Below, piece after piece: positions 46,086-54,691 of a stretch of 64,000 nt of DNA. The notes under the pieces are model-generated. The model searched no databases, was not told where the DNA came from, and saw only the letters and a program-made list of their open reading frames with translations. How positions within the stretch are numbered: the stretch's first letter is position 1; each line of letters starts with the position of its first letter. This DNA is from Vicinamibacterales bacterium (lineage in GTDB: Bacteria > Acidobacteriota > Vicinamibacteria > Vicinamibacterales > UBA8438). The DNA lies in NCBI GenBank assembly GCA_965204175.1, contig OZ241978.1, positions 5,478,164 to 5,542,163 of the forward strand. Reading direction: 5' to 3'. Both the position numbers and the translations under genes were made by a program.

Positions 46086-46107
46086 CGCCGCTGGCAGGTC
46101 CTCGCCC

Positions 46108-47049
46108 TCAGCCGGCGTCGGAAGACGCTCCCGTGATCAGGAAGCGTATGTTTCGAAGCGCGTCGTGCACCCGGAACTCGAGCACTCTGACGAGTTGTTT
46201 CCCTTCGGCATCGGAGAGTTCGCCCTTGCCGAGCATCAGCTTGATGCGCCGCTCCATGTCGCCGATCCCGGTGATCACCTTCTGCAGCTCAACCGCCGCT
46301 TCCCGCGGCGCATCGCGGAACAGTCCGGCCCGCCACAGCTCGGAAATCGCATCCGGGCGCCAGTCGGGAATCTGGACCGGCGGCTTGGTCACGGAGGGCT
46401 CGGTGCGGAAGACGGCGAGCACCACGCCCCGGTCGACGACAGCCTCTCGGGTGCGATGCTCGTGGACCTGCTCCGGTTCGCCGAGCGCTGCATGCTTCCA
46501 GGCGCCGAGGTCGTATCCGTCGGCCGACAGCCGCATCACCCACCTGATGGTCTCGCGTCCGGTGCTGTCCCGCAGCCACGCGCGCTGGTCGACTCGCAGC
46601 GGCGCGCAAGGGGAAATGAGGCAGAGGTCGTCCTTCTCGATGTGCGCCTCGAGCATGGAGTTGTCCGGCATCTGGAAGTAGAAGGCCTGCTTGTCGTCGA
46701 GGTTGTCGGGGGCCGGGGCAAGGTCCGGCTTCTTCGGCCCGGGATCCTGCTCGGCGGGGTCTTTCCAGCGGTGGACCGGCAACTGCCGCTTCTGCGTGAA
46801 GCGGGCCGGCGGCTGCCGGCCGGTGGCGTTTCGGTCTTCGGGGTCGCTGAGTCCCGGACTCAGTACCAGGCGCAACCCGAGGACCTCGCAGAGTCTCTCG
46901 AGCGTATCGACGCGCGGGGTGGCGCCGTTTCGAATGGCGCGCAGCGTGTCCGGGCTTCCGGTTGCATTGACCGAGATGCGGCGCTCGGACAGTGAGCTGC
47001 TGGCGACGGCCCTGAGCAGCTGCGTCCTGATGTCCATGCAGGGGGCCAT
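46108..47049 (-). CDS. CI/LexA-like repressor: XRE-type HTH, S24 peptidase-like domain and an extra C-terminal domain
   Basis: HTH SLSERRISVNATGSPDTLRAIRNGATPRVDTLERLCEVLGL. S24-like FYFQMPDNSMLEAHIEKDDLCLISP. Divergent from an AlpA-like gene. Confidence 0.7.
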   Translation of the reverse strand: MAPCMDIRTQLLRAVASSSLSERRISVNATGSPDTLRAIRNGATPRVDTLERLCEVLGLRLVLSPGLSDPEDRNATGRQPPARFTQKRQLPVHRWKDPAEQDPGPKKPDLAPAPDNLDDKQAFYFQMPDNSMLEAHIEKDDLCLISPCAPLRVDQRAWLRDSTGRETIRWVMRLSADGYDLGAWKHAALGEPEQVHEHRTREAVVDRGVVLAVFRTEPSVTKPPVQIPDWRPDAISELWRAGLFRDAPREAAVELQKVITGIGDMERRIKLMLGKGELSDAEGKQLVRVLEFRVHDALRNIRFLITGASSDAG

Positions 47050-47127
47050 TCTAGCGCGTCTGGCCTGTTCCGTGCAGCCGCACAGAGGATGGCAACAGCG
47101 TTTTCTGGGCGCGGAATGATCGCGCGC

Positions 47128-47156
47128 TTGTCAGTGCGGTATATTCCGTCTATCAT
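47128..47156 (+). promoter_or_regulatory. sigma70-like promoter for the AlpA-like gene
   Basis: TTGTCA (47128-47133), 17-nt spacer, TATCAT (47151-47156). ATG 47166 is 9 nt downstream, so the message may be leaderless or have a very short leader. Confidence 0.35.
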
Positions 47157-47165
47157 GGTCGCGTT

Positions 47166-47492
47166 ATGGAACACGCAGACCATCGCCCGCCCCGTCGTCG
47201 GCAGCTCCCCGACTCCGCCGACACAACCTCCATGGCGGACACCACACCGGACCGGTTCCTGACGCGAGTCGAGGTCGAGAAGCGGGCGGGACTGAGCCGC
47301 TCGATGATCTACCACCTGATGGCGATTGGCCAATTCCCGCGGCCGTACCGCGTAGGCCTCCGGGGGGTGCGGTGGTCCCTGCGCGAGGTGGACGAGTGGG
47401 CCGCGTCTCGACCGCGCTCGCATGGTGAACGCAAGCGGGGCGAGCACGTCAACGGCGACGTGCAAGCCACCGCTCGGAACCATTCCTGGTAG
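47166..47492 (+). CDS. AlpA-family (MerR-like HTH, excisionase/regulator) protein; the last two codons and the stop are supplied by the IS21 insertion
   Basis: RFLTRVEVEKRAGLSRSMIYHLMAIGQFPRPYRVGLRGVRWSLREVDEWA. IS element no. 2 starts at 47487. Alternative start ATG 47232. Confidence 0.65.
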   Translation: MEHADHRPPRRRQLPDSADTTSMADTTPDRFLTRVEVEKRAGLSRSMIYHLMAIGQFPRPYRVGLRGVRWSLREVDEWAASRPRSHGERKRGEHVNGDVQATARNHSW

Positions 47493-47635
47493 CGGCAAGA
47501 TGAAAAGGGACCCGGTGGCCATCTGAAAAGGGACCCCCTGAGCACTCAAGGAATGGCGTTCCTGCGGCGATGAATCGATGGGACGAGACACGGTCGTCTC
47601 GTCGATTCAGCCAGGAGGACGCGGAGGTGATCAGG

Positions 47636-49108
47636 ATGAGTCAGTGGGCCGAGATCCGCCATCTGCATCTGGTGGAAGGGGTACCGAAGAAGGAGATCGC
47701 GCGGCGTCTGAAACTGGACGTCAAGACGGTGCGCCGCGCCGTAGACCGGGCGACGCCGCCGGTGCGGGTGTCTCCGCCGAGGGCCGGCAGCCTGGACCCG
47801 TGGCGGGACCGGATCGAGCAGTGGCTGCGGGAGGACCGGAAGTTGACCGCGAAACGGATCCGCCGGTTGCTGCTGCCGTTGGCCGGAGCGGTTTCCCCGC
47901 GCACAGTGCGCCGCTACGTCGCGGCGCTGCGGGGGCGTGTCACGTCGAAGGAGGCCTTCGTGCACCGCAGCGTGGCTGCCGGCACGACGATGGAGGTCGA
48001 TTTCGGCGAATCGTGGGCCGACATCGCGGGGGCGCCGTGCAAGGTCAAATACCTGGTGGCGACGTTGCCGTACTCGAACGCGTACTTCGCCAAGGCGTAT
48101 CCGGTTGAGCGGCTGGAGTCGTTGCTCGACGGCATCGAGTCGGCCTTCCGCTATTGGGGAGGCATCGTCGAGCGCGTGGTGCTCGATAACACCTCCTTGG
48201 CGGTCAAGGACGTGCTGGCCGGCCGGGACCGGGTGCAGACCGAAGCGTTCGACGCGTTCCGGGGCGCGTATCCGTTGCGGGCCGAGTTCTGCGCGCCGGC
48301 CAAGGGCTGGGAGAAAGGTTCCGTGGAGGGAGGTGTCAAATACGTTCGGAATCTGGTGTTCCGGCCGCGGCTGGCGGTGGAGAGCTGGACCGCGCTGAAC
48401 GCGGCGATCCTCACCGAGCTGGAAGCCGACCTGCCGACGCGCCACCTCGACGACGGGCGCCCGGTGCAGGAAGCGTTGGCGCTGGAGCGGCAGCATCTGC
48501 GGGCGTTGCCCGAGCATCTTCCCGCCACCTGCCGCATCGTCGCCCGGGTGGCCGACAAGTTCGGCCATGTGCGGGTGGACCACGTCACCTACTCGGTGCC
48601 GGTCCGCCACGCCTACCGGCCCGTGTGGGTGAAGCTGTATCACGACCGGGTGGCGATCGCCGTCGGCGCCGAGGTGGTTGCGGAGCATCGCCGGGCGTTC
48701 AGCCGGGGCGCCAGGGTCCTCGACCCGTTCCATGTGCTGCCGTTGCTGGAACGCAAACACCGGGCGGTAACCGAGGCGACGGCGCTGGCCGGCTGGCGGC
48801 TGGCGCCGGTGTGGGAGCAAGTGCGGGCCGAGCTGGTCAGGCACACGCGCAAGCCCGATCAGGAATGGGTCCGGATGCTGCGGTTGATGGAGACGTACCC
48901 GGCCGCGGCCGTCGAACGCGCGGTGGCCGCCGCGCTCGAACGGCATTCGCCGCGCCTGGAGACGGTGCGGCTCCTCCTCCGGCAGCAGCAGGCAGGCCCG
49001 CCGCCGGTCTGCCCGCCGGTGACGGGGGTGCGCCCGGAGCTGGCGCAGATTACCGTGCCCACCCCGACGCTGTCGGCCTATGACGCGCTGGTGGAAGGGG
49101 GTTGCTGA
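47636..49108 (+). CDS. istA: IS21-family transposase IstA (track start 47570; ATG 47636 after GGAGGTG preferred)
   Basis: HTH WAEIRHLHLVEGVPKKEIARRLKLDVKTVRR. DDE core (MEVDFGE..KYLVATLPYSN..RVVLDNTSLAV). Confidence 0.9.
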   Translation: MSQWAEIRHLHLVEGVPKKEIARRLKLDVKTVRRAVDRATPPVRVSPPRAGSLDPWRDRIEQWLREDRKLTAKRIRRLLLPLAGAVSPRTVRRYVAALRGRVTSKEAFVHRSVAAGTTMEVDFGESWADIAGAPCKVKYLVATLPYSNAYFAKAYPVERLESLLDGIESAFRYWGGIVERVVLDNTSLAVKDVLAGRDRVQTEAFDAFRGAYPLRAEFCAPAKGWEKGSVEGGVKYVRNLVFRPRLAVESWTALNAAILTELEADLPTRHLDDGRPVQEALALERQHLRALPEHLPATCRIVARVADKFGHVRVDHVTYSVPVRHAYRPVWVKLYHDRVAIAVGAEVVAEHRRAFSRGARVLDPFHVLPLLERKHRAVTEATALAGWRLAPVWEQVRAELVRHTRKPDQEWVRMLRLMETYPAAAVERAVAAALERHSPRLETVRLLLRQQQAGPPPVCPPVTGVRPELAQITVPTPTLSAYDALVEGGC

Positions 49109-49893
49109 TGGCGACTACGACTATCGAGCCCCCGCACCTGGAGACGGACCTGAAGACGCTGTGCCTGTCGACGGTCGCCGCGCAGTGGCGGCCGCTGGCC
49201 GAGCAGGCCGCCCGTCAGCGGCAGGCGCCGGCCGACTACCTGGCCCAGTTGGTGCATCTGGAGGTGACCGAACGCCGGGAACGCCGTATCCAACGCCGCA
49301 TTCACGATGCCCGCTTCCCGATGCTGAAGACGCTCGACGCCTTCTCCTTCGAGGCGCAGCCGGAGTTGGACCGCGATGCGGTGCTGGCGGTCTTCGACTG
49401 CCGCTTCGTCGCCGACGCCGCCAACGTCGTGTTCGTCGGCGGCGTCGGCACGGGCAAGACGCACTTGTCCATCGCCCTGGGGATGGCCTGCTGCCAGCAC
49501 GACTACCGGGTGCGGTTCGTGACCGCAGCCGAGCTGGTCACGATGCTCGTCGAAGCGCAGCAGGAAGGCCGGCTGGCCCGCAAGCTCGCCCAACTCGCCC
49601 GCTTTGACGTCGTCATCTGCGACGAACTGGGCTACGTACCGCTCGACAAGGCCGGCGCCGACCTGTTGTTCGGCTTCATCAGCCAGCGCTACGAGCGCTG
49701 CAGCCTCGTGGTGACGACGAATCTGCCGTTCGCCCGCTGGTCCGAGGTCTTCCTCGACCCGACGGCGGCCGCCGCGGTCATCGACCGCATCGTCCACCAC
49801 GCGACGGTACTGCAGACATCGGGCAACAGCTACAGGTTACAGGCCGCAAAGCGGAACCAGACGCAGGCGTCCGGCAAGGAGGGAACACGTTGA
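49108..49893 (+). CDS. istB: IS21-family helper ATPase IstB
   Basis: ATG overlaps the istA TGA. Walker A GGVGTGKTHLS, Walker B VVICDELG. Confidence 0.9.
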   Translation: MATTTIEPPHLETDLKTLCLSTVAAQWRPLAEQAARQRQAPADYLAQLVHLEVTERRERRIQRRIHDARFPMLKTLDAFSFEAQPELDRDAVLAVFDCRFVADAANVVFVGGVGTGKTHLSIALGMACCQHDYRVRFVTAAELVTMLVEAQQEGRLARKLAQLARFDVVICDELGYVPLDKAGADLLFGFISQRYERCSLVVTTNLPFARWSEVFLDPTAAAAVIDRIVHHATVLQTSGNSYRLQAAKRNQTQASGKEGTR

Positions 49894-50090
49894 CGCCGGC
49901 GAGTCGTGCCGGCCCGCGTTCGACTGCCCGGAAGGGCGGCGCCGGGGAGCCGCTCCGCTGTCGCGGACAAACGTGCATGTATGGACCGATGCCGACGACA
50001 ACCGAGCGGTGGGCCTGTCACCACGCTTGTCCCTCGATCGCTCGGCCGACCGCTTTCCTGCTCCGTTACGTAACGGCGTAGAGTTGTCTT

Positions 50091-50381
50091 GTGGCGCTGA
50101 CGAACGCGGAGCGGCAGGCACGTTACCGGGAGCGGCGGAAAGCCGGCGAATCCCGGGTCCGGTACCGCCGGCCAGCAGACCGGAGATCGCGGCCACAGCA
50201 GTGGAACGACGCGGTGCAGACGCTCCTGGAGTTGCAGGAACAGTACCGGGAGTGGCGGGAGGCGTTGCCGGAATCGCTCGCCGGGTCCGCGACCGCGGAG
50301 TTGCTCGAGCAGGTCTGCGACCTGGATCTGTCGGTACTCGAGGCGGTCGAGCTGCCCAGGGGCTTCGGGCGTGACGGCTAG
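50091..50381 (+). CDS. 96-aa hypothetical protein, passenger of IS21 element no. 2
   Basis: 91/96 aa identical to 22953-23243. Palindrome CCGTTACGTAACGG at 50063-50076, 15 nt upstream of the GTG. Confidence 0.6.
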   Translation: MALTNAERQARYRERRKAGESRVRYRRPADRRSRPQQWNDAVQTLLELQEQYREWREALPESLAGSATAELLEQVCDLDLSVLEAVELPRGFGRDG

Positions 50382-50817
50382 CGCCGGCCGAAAGCAGTTG
50401 ACGCCGAACACGCGTCGGCTCGACAGAAACGCCCAACTGCGTCGAGCACCGGATAGCGACAACCCGCGCTGTCGGGCCGACCAGTGTGACCGTGTGCTCA
50501 CCGGCGTCAAGGCGCGTCGCTGCGCGACGCCCCCGCTCCGCGGGGCTGCGGCCTTGACACCGGCTCCGCGCACGGTCACAGGCAATCTTGCCCGACAGCC
50601 GGAAAACCATTCTTCAAGGAAGGAGGAGCTCAACCATTTGACGCACTGAACGAGCCGGGTGCGGGGTCGTCCCGGTACGCAGACGGCTTCGATTCCCGCG
50701 ACGGCTCCCGTCACCGGGGGGGTCCCTTTTCACGTGGCCACAGGGGTCCCTTTTGTACTTGCCATTTCCAACCATTCCGCAGATGACCCGTGAGACCGGC
50801 GGCCCTGAGGAGCGGCA

Positions 50818-52626
50818 ATGACGGTCCCGCCGCGGAAATCGCCGCCGTCCTACCAACGGCATCCCCTCTCGGCGGTCTGGCCGGACCTGGAACCGCAGGC
50901 CCGGGAAGCGCTGCGCGAGAGCATGCACACGCGCGGCTACGACCCTCTCGAACCGGTCGTGCTGTACGAGGGCAAGGTGCTCGACGGCTGGCACCGGTAT
51001 TCGATGGCACGCGAGCTCGGCATCGAGGTCACGACGGTGGCCTTCGACGGAGACGATCCTGCGGGCTGGGTGATCGCCCGGCACACCGGACGTCGCAACC
51101 TGTCCCCCCGGGACCGAGCGCACTGCGTGGTCAGGTGCCGGGAATGGGCGCCGACCGGGCGGCCTGCCCATGACCGCGAACGGCCCCGGGACTGCGATGC
51201 GGGGGTGCCGGAAAGGCGGTCAAGTGGCCGTCTTTCCGGCAGGCCGTCGACCACCAGGGAGCTGGCCGCGGAAGCCGATGTATCAGAGCGCACGATTCGC
51301 CGCGCCAAGGCGCAGGTTCGTGCGAGGGACCAGCACGCCGGCGCGTCGGCCGCCGGTGGCGAGCAGCAGCCGCGGCGGCCTGCGGGAAACGCGTCAGGTG
51401 AGCCAACTCCGCAATCGCAGGCTGGCGGGCGGCTGGAGGCGAGCCGCGCTGGGGGGCAGCCGGCTGCTGCGACTCCGGGTGACGAGACTCAGGCCCCGAC
51501 CGTCGATACCGAACCCGTAGCCGTCAGTGACGCCGACCGAATCCGGAGCAAGCCTGAAGCTACAAGGGGCAGCGGTGTCGCGGCGGTCGTTGACGGTGGC
51601 GCGCCGACGCGGCGGGCGGGCGCCGAGCGGGAAACGCCGGCAAGCCGCCAGCGGGAGTCCGAGGACGGGAACCGTCAACTGGCCGGCCCGCCCGTCCGTG
51701 CTGGAGCCGGTGCGCTGGAGGCGCCCGACGTTTCAGCGCGGTCGGACTCCGGCTCCGATGCTTCCCTGCGCAACGAGTCGTTCGTGACCCTCGGCCGCGA
51801 GGCCGGAACTGCGACCGTCGGGTCGGGGTCGACCGAGCCTGCGGCGGAGCGGGCGACTGGCCGGTCCGAGCGGAGTAGCGGCCTGGCCTACGCCAGGGCC
51901 GTCGTGGCATCGCCCGAGGCGCCGGCATCATCGGACGGCGGTTCCGGTTCGCCAGGCGAGCGGGAGGTGGTCGAGATGTCGACCGCAGGCGCGACCGATT
52001 CGCAAGCCCATCGGCTTGTTGCGTCCGAGCCGGGCGGTACCGAGGCGGCGGATCCGGCCGGAGGGTGTACGCCGTCCGACTCGGGGTCATCGAGCGACAG
52101 CGGGTCGAGCGGGAGCACGCCGCCAGCAGTACGGGATCGGGCATCGGGCGGCGCCGATGCTTCGGCTGACCCGGCGCCGTCGTCGCCGACGCTGGCGGCG
52201 GTTGCCGGCCGAGAAGCTGCCGATGCGCACGCCGAAGGAGTCGCTGTCGCAACGGCCGCACAAACCGCTTGCGACACCGACGTCGAGCTCCGGCATCGCC
52301 TGGGGGAACTGCGATCTGCCGCGGCACGGCTGGGGGCAGTCAGCCGGGTCGGCCCACCATCGAGCTTTGAGGCCACGTGCCGTCTGGTCGAGGCTCTGGT
52401 GGCGGCGATGGAGCGGTGTCTGGAGGCGAGGCTGGAAGAGCAGGCAATGCTTGCCGGCCTGCCGGCGGACCTGGTGCGCAGGCTGGATGCGCACTTGAGC
52501 AACGAAACGGTCATGGCCGCTTCGACACGGCAGACGGGCGACGCCGACGGCCGGGTTCGCGGGTCGGCGCCCCTCCAACAAGCGAGCAACCCGCGTGCCT
52601 GGCTGAAGAAGAGGTTCGGCATTTGA
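50818..52626 (+). CDS. ParB-like nuclease (ParB/Srx fold) domain protein with a long low-complexity C-terminal region
   Basis: GAGGAG lies upstream of ATG 50818. PLEPVVLYEGKVLDGWHRYSMARELG is the ParB-N signature. HTH-like TRELAAEADVSERTIRRAKA. Confidence 0.65.
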   Translation: MTVPPRKSPPSYQRHPLSAVWPDLEPQAREALRESMHTRGYDPLEPVVLYEGKVLDGWHRYSMARELGIEVTTVAFDGDDPAGWVIARHTGRRNLSPRDRAHCVVRCREWAPTGRPAHDRERPRDCDAGVPERRSSGRLSGRPSTTRELAAEADVSERTIRRAKAQVRARDQHAGASAAGGEQQPRRPAGNASGEPTPQSQAGGRLEASRAGGQPAAATPGDETQAPTVDTEPVAVSDADRIRSKPEATRGSGVAAVVDGGAPTRRAGAERETPASRQRESEDGNRQLAGPPVRAGAGALEAPDVSARSDSGSDASLRNESFVTLGREAGTATVGSGSTEPAAERATGRSERSSGLAYARAVVASPEAPASSDGGSGSPGEREVVEMSTAGATDSQAHRLVASEPGGTEAADPAGGCTPSDSGSSSDSGSSGSTPPAVRDRASGGADASADPAPSSPTLAAVAGREAADAHAEGVAVATAAQTACDTDVELRHRLGELRSAAARLGAVSRVGPPSSFEATCRLVEALVAAMERCLEARLEEQAMLAGLPADLVRRLDAHLSNETVMAASTRQTGDADGRVRGSAPLQQASNPRAWLKKRFGI

Positions 52627-52910
52627 ACCGCCCCAACGCCACAAAGGAAACCCATCCGAGTTTGATCGTTGTCACGGGGAAGAGCGGCCTCTCGGGATCG
52701 GGCAACGAGGCGGTGAGCTCCAGCAGCACGATCAAGGCGTGGACACACCGCGCCGCCGACCGATGAGCAGCCAACGGAGAGGGGACCCCGTGGGGACCCC
52801 AAACGGGGCGTGCGTTCCTCAAGGGCGAACGGCCAGCACTGCATTCGTAGGATGAAGCCCGACGGACCAAGGAAGACCACGGCGTCGACGGACCGAGGGA
52901 AATCGAACCC

Positions 52911-53515
52911 ATGACGCGCCGGGCGCGGGCCAACCTGGCGGCCGGCGCGGCGGGGGCGAGCCGCGTGCGGGCGGCGCTGGAAGCCTCGCGCGCGTTGCGC
53001 TTCGCCGGCCGGAGCCTCGCGCCGTCGGTCGAGCTCGGCATCCGTCAGGACGGCGGCGATGCCGAGACGGGGCTCGAACTCGAGACCGGCTTCGGCATCG
53101 TGTACTCCGGCCCGAAACTCGGCATGCTGATCGACGCGACGCTGAACCTGCTGGTGGCCCACCGGGATAGCCGCTACGACGAGTGGGGCTTCAGCGGCTC
53201 GGTGCGCTTCGACCCGGCATGGCGGGGCGCGGGCTGTCGCTCAACGTGACGCTGTCGTTCGGCGCGGCGTCGCAGGGCGCCGGCCGCCTGTGGGCGATGC
53301 AGTACCTGGGCGGGCTCGTGCCCCACCACGTGATGCCGTTCGACCGGGGCGGGCAGTTCGCGGCCGATCTCGGCTACGGGATGGCGGCGCCGGGCGGCCG
53401 GGGCGCCGGGACGCCGTACGCCGGCCTGACGCAGTCGGGCATGGGCCACCGGGCGATGCGCTACGGCTACCGGTGGGAGGTCGGCCCGGGGGTTCAACGT
53501 GGGCGTCGAGGGTAG
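52911..53515 (+). pseudogene. autotransporter beta-barrel domain remnant (frameshifted)
   Basis: Two frames together give ..GLELETGFGIVYSGPKLGMLIDATLNLLVAHRDSRYDEWGFSGSVRFDP / GLSLNVTLSFGAASQGAGRLWA..FAADLGYGMA..TPYAGLTQS..YGYRWE, the typical barrel C terminus. Confidence 0.55.
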
Positions 53516-53751
53516 CAGGCACGGCGGAGTCGAAGGGCTCATTGGAGGCCTCGTCCATCCTGGGAGCGTCGGTAGCGACCGGGACGTGGGCGGAGCGCAC
53601 CATTCCGTCCAGGTGCACGGCGGGGTGTCGTTCTGAGCTGACGGGAGGCGGCGTCGGCACGGCGGCTCGCCGGACCTGACAGCGAGCCGCTTTCCGTGCC
53701 GCTACGGGATTTTGTAACCTCTTCGTACATGATGAGCTGCCGTCGGTCGCC

Positions 53752-53940
53752 TTGACCCAACAGTTCCTGCGCTTGTGCGAGGAGTACGGCTCGCAACGCC
53801 TAGTAGCCGTCAGGATCGTCGCCGTCGGCCGCGACACCTGCGTAGCCGGCTTGCCCACGATCGACGACTGGACGACATGGGACGCGCACGAGATGCGCGC
53901 GGCGGTCGAGTACCTGCGACGCAAGCACGGCGACCGATAA
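53752..53940 (+). CDS. small hypothetical protein (TTG start, or the 3' part of a truncated gene)
   Basis: Ordinary composition (..RIVAVGRDTCVAGLPTIDDWTTWDAHEMRAAVEYLRRKHG). The frame stays open upstream with no good start codon. Confidence 0.3.
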   Translation: MTQQFLRLCEEYGSQRLVAVRIVAVGRDTCVAGLPTIDDWTTWDAHEMRAAVEYLRRKHGDR

Positions 53941-54018
53941 TCACGAGAGCGACACGAGCGCAACGAAAACACGGTGGACCCACAGGGCGGCGTGCATCAG
54001 AATCAGAGGACCGTGACG

Positions 54019-54528
54019 ATGGGAGAGATTCGAGCCAGCGTGACCCTGGAGAACAGGGACGACCGTGGAGCCGTCCGGCTTGGGCTGCGTGCGGAGGCAG
54101 ACGTCCGACGAACGACGGTCGAAGGGGTGGTCGACACCGGGGCGGTGAGTCTCGTCATTCCCGAGGAAATCGCAACGGAGCTGGGGCTTCAGGACTGGGG
54201 AACGAGAACCGTGGTCTACGCGGACGAGCGGCGCGAAGAACGGCCCGTGACCGACGTGACGATCGAGATCGGGAACCTCGCCACGCGGACCGAGGCGATC
54301 GTGGGACCGACCGGAAGCGAGGTGTTGATCGGCCAACTGGTGCTCGAAGCACTCGACCTGATCGCCGATTGCAGAAGGCGAACGCTGACACCGCGCCATC
54401 CAGAAGGGCCAGTCCTGGCCATCCGCTGCGCGCGGACCCGCTGCGCGCGGCCTTCCGAACCGACGTCGAGGGCAAGGCGATTCCGTACGGCGTGTGTGGA
54501 CGCCTCCGAAAATGCAAGCCTTTTCTGA
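54019..54528 (+). CDS. retropepsin-like (clan AA) aspartic protease
   Basis: VEGVVDTGAVSLVIPEEIATELGL (D-T-G active site) and EVLIGQLVLEALDLIAD. The last ~30 aa look like read-through. Confidence 0.6.
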   Translation: MGEIRASVTLENRDDRGAVRLGLRAEADVRRTTVEGVVDTGAVSLVIPEEIATELGLQDWGTRTVVYADERREERPVTDVTIEIGNLATRTEAIVGPTGSEVLIGQLVLEALDLIADCRRRTLTPRHPEGPVLAIRCARTRCARPSEPTSRARRFRTACVDASENASLF

Positions 54529-54691
54529 GTCTCTCCTTCTGCGCTCAGTCTGCTCCTGTGGTTCTCCGCGACAGCGGAGCGGCTCCCCGTCGCCGCAATT
54601 GTTTCCGTGGAACGCGGGCCAGCCTCCTGGCTGGCCCGCAAGGGCTTCCCGCACGGTCGGCCGCGGCTGTCACCCGGAGGGCCACAACAGA

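Larger units (their letters stand above)
47487..50770 (+). mobile_element. IS21-family element no. 2 (3284 bp) with an 8-bp target duplication, carrying istA, istB and the 96-aa passenger ORF
   Basis: Ends TGGTAGCGGCAAG...CTTGCCATTTCCA (TG..CA). Subterminal GAAAAGGGACCC boxes occur twice at each end. Direct repeat ACCATTCC at 47479-47486 and 50771-50778. Confidence 0.85.

Noticed and set aside
22796-50770. The two IS21 elements bracketing 21 kb as a composite transposon.
   Set aside because: The two elements are different ISs, with divergent IstA/IstB and different termini. Element no. 2 has its own 8-bp target duplication, so they inserted independently. Only the 380-bp passenger cassette is shared.
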